From Alphaproteobacteria bacterium (lineage in GTDB: Bacteria; Pseudomonadota; Alphaproteobacteria; GCA-2746255): a stretch of 64,000 nucleotides of DNA. Positions within the stretch are counted from its first letter, which is position 1. The number at the start of each line of letters is the position of its first letter. The notes under the pieces are model-generated. The model had not been told where the DNA came from and made no database searches. It saw only the letters and a list, made by a program, of their open reading frames with translations. The stretch covers positions 1,600,001 through 1,664,000 of the forward strand of contig OZ252220.1 of the NCBI GenBank assembly GCA_965249135.1, given 5' to 3'. Of the stretch, positions 59,925-64,000 are shown piece after piece. The translations under genes were made by a program, and so were the position numbers.

Positions 59925-60704
59925 TTAGCGGCGCGCCACCAACAGTTTCTTAATCTCGGCGATCGATTTCGCCGGATTCAGACCCTTCGGGCAGGTCTTC
60001 GTGCAGTTCATGATCGTGTGGCAGCGGTAGAGGCGGAACGGGTCCTCAAGGTTATCAAGGCGTTTGCCCGTCGCCTCGTCCCGGCTGTCGACGATCCAGC
60101 GATAGGCGCCCAGAAGCACGGCGGGCCCCAAATAACGATCCTCGTTCCACCAATAACTCGGGCAGCCCGTCGAGCAGCAGAAACAAAGGACGCATTCCCA
60201 AAGGCCATCGAGCTTGGCCCGGTCTTCGTGGCTCTGGAGGCGCTCTTGGTTCGGTGGCGCGGGCGTGTCCGCCTGAAGCCAGGGTTCCACGGAGGCGTAT
60301 TGAGCGAAGATGTGGGTGAGATCCGGCACCAGGTCCTTCACGACCGCCATATGGGGCAGCGGATAGATCTTCGCATCGCCTTTGATATCCTCGATCGGAT
60401 GGAGACAGGCCAGCGTGTTCGTGCCGTCGACGTTCATCGAGCAGCTGCCGCAGATCCCTTCGCGGCAGGAGCGACGGAAGGTAAGCGAGGAATCGATCTC
60501 GTTCTTGATCTTGATCAGCGCGTCCAGAACCATCGGTCCGCAGCTGTCCAGGTCCACCTCATAGGTGTCGAGATGCGGGTTCTCGTCCTGATCGGGCTGC
60601 CAGCGATAGATGTGGAAATTTTTCACACGGGTGGCGCCGGCAGGGGCCTTGTAGGTCTTGCCCTTCTTGATCCTCGAATTCTTCGGCAGTGTGAATTCCA
60701 CCAT
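59925..60704 (-). CDS. sdhB: succinate dehydrogenase iron-sulfur subunit
   Basis: [10 protein letters not shown] and two further Cys clusters. Confidence 0.98.
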   Translation of the reverse strand: MVEFTLPKNSRIKKGKTYKAPAGATRVKNFHIYRWQPDQDENPHLDTYEVDLDSCGPMVLDALIKIKNEIDSSLTFRRSCREGICGSCSMNVDGTNTLACLHPIEDIKGDAKIYPLPHMAVVKDLVPDLTHIFAQYASVEPWLQADTPAPPNQERLQSHEDRAKLDGLWECVLCFCCSTGCPSYWWNEDRYLGPAVLLGAYRWIVDSRDEATGKRLDNLEDPFRLYRCHTIMNCTKTCPKGLNPAKSIAEIKKLLVARR

Positions 60705-60728
60705 CGTCGCTACCTCGAAGCCTTTGCC

Positions 60729-62516
60729 CTAATAGACCCGTTCCTTCGGAGGGATCGTCTCGATCTCGTTTGTCAGGGTGTTCAAATGCACGGGCCGATA
60801 GTCGAGACGAATTTTCCCGTCCGGGCCGACATAGGAAAGCGTATGCTTCAGCCAGTTTTTGTCATCGCGATCCGGATAATCTTCCCGCGCATGGGCGCCC
60901 CGGCTCTCATGGCGCGCCTCCGCGCCATACATTGCCACGCGCGCTTGGATGAGAAGGTTTTCAAGCTCCAGCGTTTCGACGAGATCCGAATTCCAGACCA
61001 ATGAGTTGTCCTCGACAGAGACATCCGAAAGCGTGGCGGCCACCGCATCGATTTTCGCAACGCCTTCCTTAAGAATTTCCGAATTCCTAAAGACGGCGCA
61101 GTTGGACTGCATCGTCTTTTGCATGTCGAGGCGGATCTCGGCGGTACGCAGCGAGCCTTTTGCGTGACGGAAGTGATCCAGCCTCGCGATCGATTCTTCC
61201 CCGGTGTCGGAGCTGAGCGGGGGATGCGATGCACCTTTCGTCACGATTTCGGAGGCGCGGCTCGCGGCGGCACGACCGAAGACGATGATATCGACAAGCG
61301 AGTTGCAGCCCAGACGATTCGCGCCGTGAACGGAAACGGATGCGGTTTCGCCGATCGCCATCAACCCCGGACAAACCGCGTCCGGGTTTTCCTTCGTCGG
61401 TCGCAGAACCTCGCCATAATGGTTCGTCGGAATGCCGCCCATGTTGTAATGGACGGTCGGCAGAACCGGGATCGGCTCCTTCGTCACGTCGACGCCGGCA
61501 AAGACTTTTGCCGTCTCGGAGATGCCGGGCAGGCGTTCGTGAAGCAGAGCCGCCTCAAGATGTTCGAGGTGGAGATAGATATGGTCGTTCTCCGGCCCGA
61601 CCCCACGACCCTCGCGGATTTCCACCGTCATCGAACGGCTGACGACGTCGCGGGAGGCGAGGTCCTTCGCGGTCGGTGCGTAGCGTTCCATGAACCGTTC
61701 GCCTTCGGCATTCGTCAGGTAACCACCTTCGCCGCGCGCCCCTTCCGTGATCAGGCAGCCCGCCCCGTAGATGCCGGTCGGATGGAACTGGATGAACTCC
61801 ATATCCTGCAACGGCAGGCCACTTTGCGCGGCCATCGCGTTGCCGTCGCCCGTGCAGATATGGGCCGAGGTGCAGGAGAAGTAGGCACGTCCGTAACCGC
61901 CCGTCGCCAGCACCGTGACATGGGCGCGGAAACGGTGGATCGTTCCGTCGTCCAGGCACCAGGCAAGGAGGCCCTGACAGGCGCCCGCCTCATCCATCAA
62001 GAGGCCAAGCGCGAAGTACTCGTTGTAGAACTCGGCCTGGTGCTTGAGGCATTGCTGATAAAGCGTGTGCAGAATGGCATGGCCCGTGCGGTCGGCGGCG
62101 GCGCAGGCCCGGTGCGCCATCTTTTCGCCGTAGTTGAGCGTGTGCCCGCCAAAAGGGCGTTGATAAATCTTTCCTTCCGGCGTGCGCGAGAAGGGCACGC
62201 CGAGATGCTCAAGCTCCAGCACGGCCGGGATCGCATTGCGGCACATGTATTCGATCGCGTCCTGATCGCCCAGCCAGTCGGACCCTTTGACGGTGTCGTA
62301 CATGTGAAAGCGCCAGTCGTCCTCCATGACATTGCCAAGGGCAGCGCCCATGCCGCCTTGGGCGGCGACGGTGTGGCTACGGGTCGGATAGACCTTCGTC
62401 ACACAGGCCGTCTTGAGGCTGGCCGCCGTCATGCCAAGGGTGGCGCGAAGCCCGGCACCGCCGGCGCCGACGACGATCGCATCATAGGTGTGATCGATGA
62501 TTTCGTAAGCCGCCAT
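60729..62516 (-). CDS. sdhA: succinate dehydrogenase flavoprotein
   Basis: [22 protein letters not shown]. Confidence 0.98.
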   Translation of the reverse strand: MAAYEIIDHTYDAIVVGAGGAGLRATLGMTAASLKTACVTKVYPTRSHTVAAQGGMGAALGNVMEDDWRFHMYDTVKGSDWLGDQDAIEYMCRNAIPAVLELEHLGVPFSRTPEGKIYQRPFGGHTLNYGEKMAHRACAAADRTGHAILHTLYQQCLKHQAEFYNEYFALGLLMDEAGACQGLLAWCLDDGTIHRFRAHVTVLATGGYGRAYFSCTSAHICTGDGNAMAAQSGLPLQDMEFIQFHPTGIYGAGCLITEGARGEGGYLTNAEGERFMERYAPTAKDLASRDVVSRSMTVEIREGRGVGPENDHIYLHLEHLEAALLHERLPGISETAKVFAGVDVTKEPIPVLPTVHYNMGGIPTNHYGEVLRPTKENPDAVCPGLMAIGETASVSVHGANRLGCNSLVDIIVFGRAAASRASEIVTKGASHPPLSSDTGEESIARLDHFRHAKGSLRTAEIRLDMQKTMQSNCAVFRNSEILKEGVAKIDAVAATLSDVSVEDNSLVWNSDLVETLELENLLIQARVAMYGAEARHESRGAHAREDYPDRDDKNWLKHTLSYVGPDGKIRLDYRPVHLNTLTNEIETIPPKERVY

Positions 62517-62521
62517 TCCCT

Positions 62522-62902
62522 CTATCCCTGAAACGCGATTTTAAGAACCCCGAAGACGGCGGCCACACCTATGACGAGACAGGCGAGCTTGACGAGCAAG
62601 ATCGAGGCAAGCTTCAAACCCTCGTTGTGAACGTAGTCTTCGAGCACGACCTGAAGGCCGAGTTGGGCGTGGTAGAAGGTCGCCGTAAAAAGAAGGATCA
62701 GCAGAACCGCCGGCACCGGTGCGCCGATCCAGGCGATCGTCGTCGCGTGGTCCGCCCCGATCAAGGAAAGTAGGGAGGCGACGAACCAAAGCGTCAAGGG
62801 AACGAGCGCGATTGCCGTGACGCGCTGGGCCCACCAATGGGCCGTGCCTTCCTTCGCCGACCCGAGACCGCGCGCCAGGCTCAAGGGGGAGCGTAGGCTC
62901 AT
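62522..62902 (-). CDS. sdhD: succinate dehydrogenase membrane anchor
   Basis: [10 protein letters not shown]...G...V.EDY; ATG 62902 overlaps the sdhC stop. Confidence 0.94.
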   Translation of the reverse strand: MSLRSPLSLARGLGSAKEGTAHWWAQRVTAIALVPLTLWFVASLLSLIGADHATTIAWIGAPVPAVLLILLFTATFYHAQLGLQVVLEDYVHNEGLKLASILLVKLACLVIGVAAVFGVLKIAFQG

Positions 62903-63297
62903 GAGCCGCTTCCGATGAGGCCATAGCCAGCCGACCACGCGAGAAGCGTGAGCACCCCTGTTGCGATGAGCACGCCCCAGCCCCCCAGCGTGACTTGGCG
63001 GAGTTCGAAACCGAAACCGGCATCCCACAGCAAATGCCGGATGCCATTCGTCAGGTGATAGAAAAGGGCGACCGTCCAGCCGAAAAGCAAAAGCCGGCCC
63101 AGCCACGACGCCGTGAAGGCCTGGGCGGTCGCGAAGGTCTCTGCCCCTTGGGCCGCCGCCACGATCCAATAGACGAGGTGGAGCGTACCAATCGCCAGCA
63201 CGATGCCGGTGAGGCGATGAAGAATCGAAAGGACCGACGTGATTTGAGGCCGGTAGACCTGCAGATGGGGCGAGAGGGGCCGTTTGCCCGTGGACAT
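62899..63297 (-). CDS. sdhC: succinate dehydrogenase cytochrome b556 subunit
   Basis: RPLSPHLQVY, SILHRLTG, GIRHL.WD. Confidence 0.95.
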   Translation of the reverse strand: MSTGKRPLSPHLQVYRPQITSVLSILHRLTGIVLAIGTLHLVYWIVAAAQGAETFATAQAFTASWLGRLLLFGWTVALFYHLTNGIRHLLWDAGFGFELRQVTLGGWGVLIATGVLTLLAWSAGYGLIGSGS

Positions 63298-63386
63298 CCT
63301 AGCCTCATGGATGAATTGGTAGAATCGCAGGTGTAACCTGCCGCCTCGGTGGGGTCAACTTTGGTTGAAAAGGGTATGGATAAGGT

Positions 63387-64000
63387 TTAGCGAGGCAGAA
63401 GGACCGTGTAATCGAGGTCGAGAATGACCGCCGGGTCGTATTTTCCGTCCTTTCCCTTATAGGGAAAATCCGTGCAAGCCTGGTCCTTCGTCGCCACGGT
63501 CCTGAGCCGGAGTGCGCCCAGGGATTCCAGGCCCGGGATCGTTTCCTTCTCCAGGATATCCGACCACGCATAGACCGTGTCGCCAGCAAAGCACGGCGCC
63601 ACATGGATACCGGCGTTGACGGCGGCGATACGAAAGGCGTTGCCAAGTCCGTTGAAGCTCAAGCTCCGCGCCAGGCTGATGACGTGACCGCCATAGGCGA
63701 TGCGCCGGCCGAAGCGGCCCTCACGCTCCGTATGCAAATTGAAGTGCACCTTCGCCGTGTTCTGGTAGAGGCGCGCCGCCAGCGCATGTTCGGCCTCTTC
63801 AACCGTCATGCCGTCGACGTGGTCGATTCTTTCGCCGACCTCGTAATCCTCGAAGCGATAGGGCGAGCCGGCCAGCCGGTTGTCATAGAGGTTCAACTTG
63901 ATTTCCGCGGGCAGTGCGAGCTGCGTAAGGGTGACCTTCTCCGGCAACTCCGGGACCGTCGCCTTCGGAGTGGAAGCGGCCGCGTCGCGTTTCGGTATCA
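63387..64000 (-). CDS. mch: MaoC-family double hotdog dehydratase, mesaconyl-CoA hydratase-like (5' end outside the window)
   Basis: IDHVDG.T, QNTAKVHF, YGGHVIS.ARSLSFNGL, P.FAGDTVYAWS; frame stays open to the window end. Confidence 0.8.
   Translation of the reverse strand, partial: IPKRDAAASTPKATVPELPEKVTLTQLALPAEIKLNLYDNRLAGSPYRFEDYEVGERIDHVDGMTVEEAEHALAARLYQNTAKVHFNLHTEREGRFGRRIAYGGHVISLARSLSFNGLGNAFRIAAVNAGIHVAPCFAGDTVYAWSDILEKETIPGLESLGALRLRTVATKDQACTDFPYKGKDGKYDPAVILDLDYTVLLPR

Overview
GC-rich alphaproteobacterial chromosome segment; the gene order resembles Rhodospirillales-like genomes (inference). It has three parts. (1) 1-8989, core genes: a partial alpha/beta hydrolase, lolA, ftsK, glnK-amtB with a sigma54/NtrC/IHF-type promoter, a ubiH-family hydroxylase, trm112, a LON-domain protein, ybbN and tRNA-Gly. 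(2) 8990-25119, an accessory stretch between two inward-facing tRNAs (Gly-GCC, Ser-CGA). It holds an AT-rich islet (two membrane-protein ORFs, one split by an in-frame TAG; a peptidoglycan-binding/Zn-ribbon gene behind a promoter-terminator unit), TauE and DMT transporters, an orphan AliA-like CoA ligase, an AmmeMemoRadiSam triad, a CPA antiporter, a flavodoxin-like gene, an amidase plus cobalt-type nitrile hydratase operon with cbtBA, and an encapsulin-less EncFtn-pirin pair directly behind tRNA-Ser. (3) 25120-64000, core genes: rplU-rpmA-obgE-proBA-nadD-rsfS-rlmH-gpmI-envC-ctpA-yibQ-rppH, atpHAGDC, priA, tal, xerC, mch-sdhCDAB-zapE-nadAC-mdh-sucCDAB-lpdA. The most striking oddity is a malate dehydrogenase with a protamine/histone-like (KTAKR)7 tail. 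No CRISPR array, rRNA or transposase was seen. All calls come from reading motifs by eye; no database searches were run.
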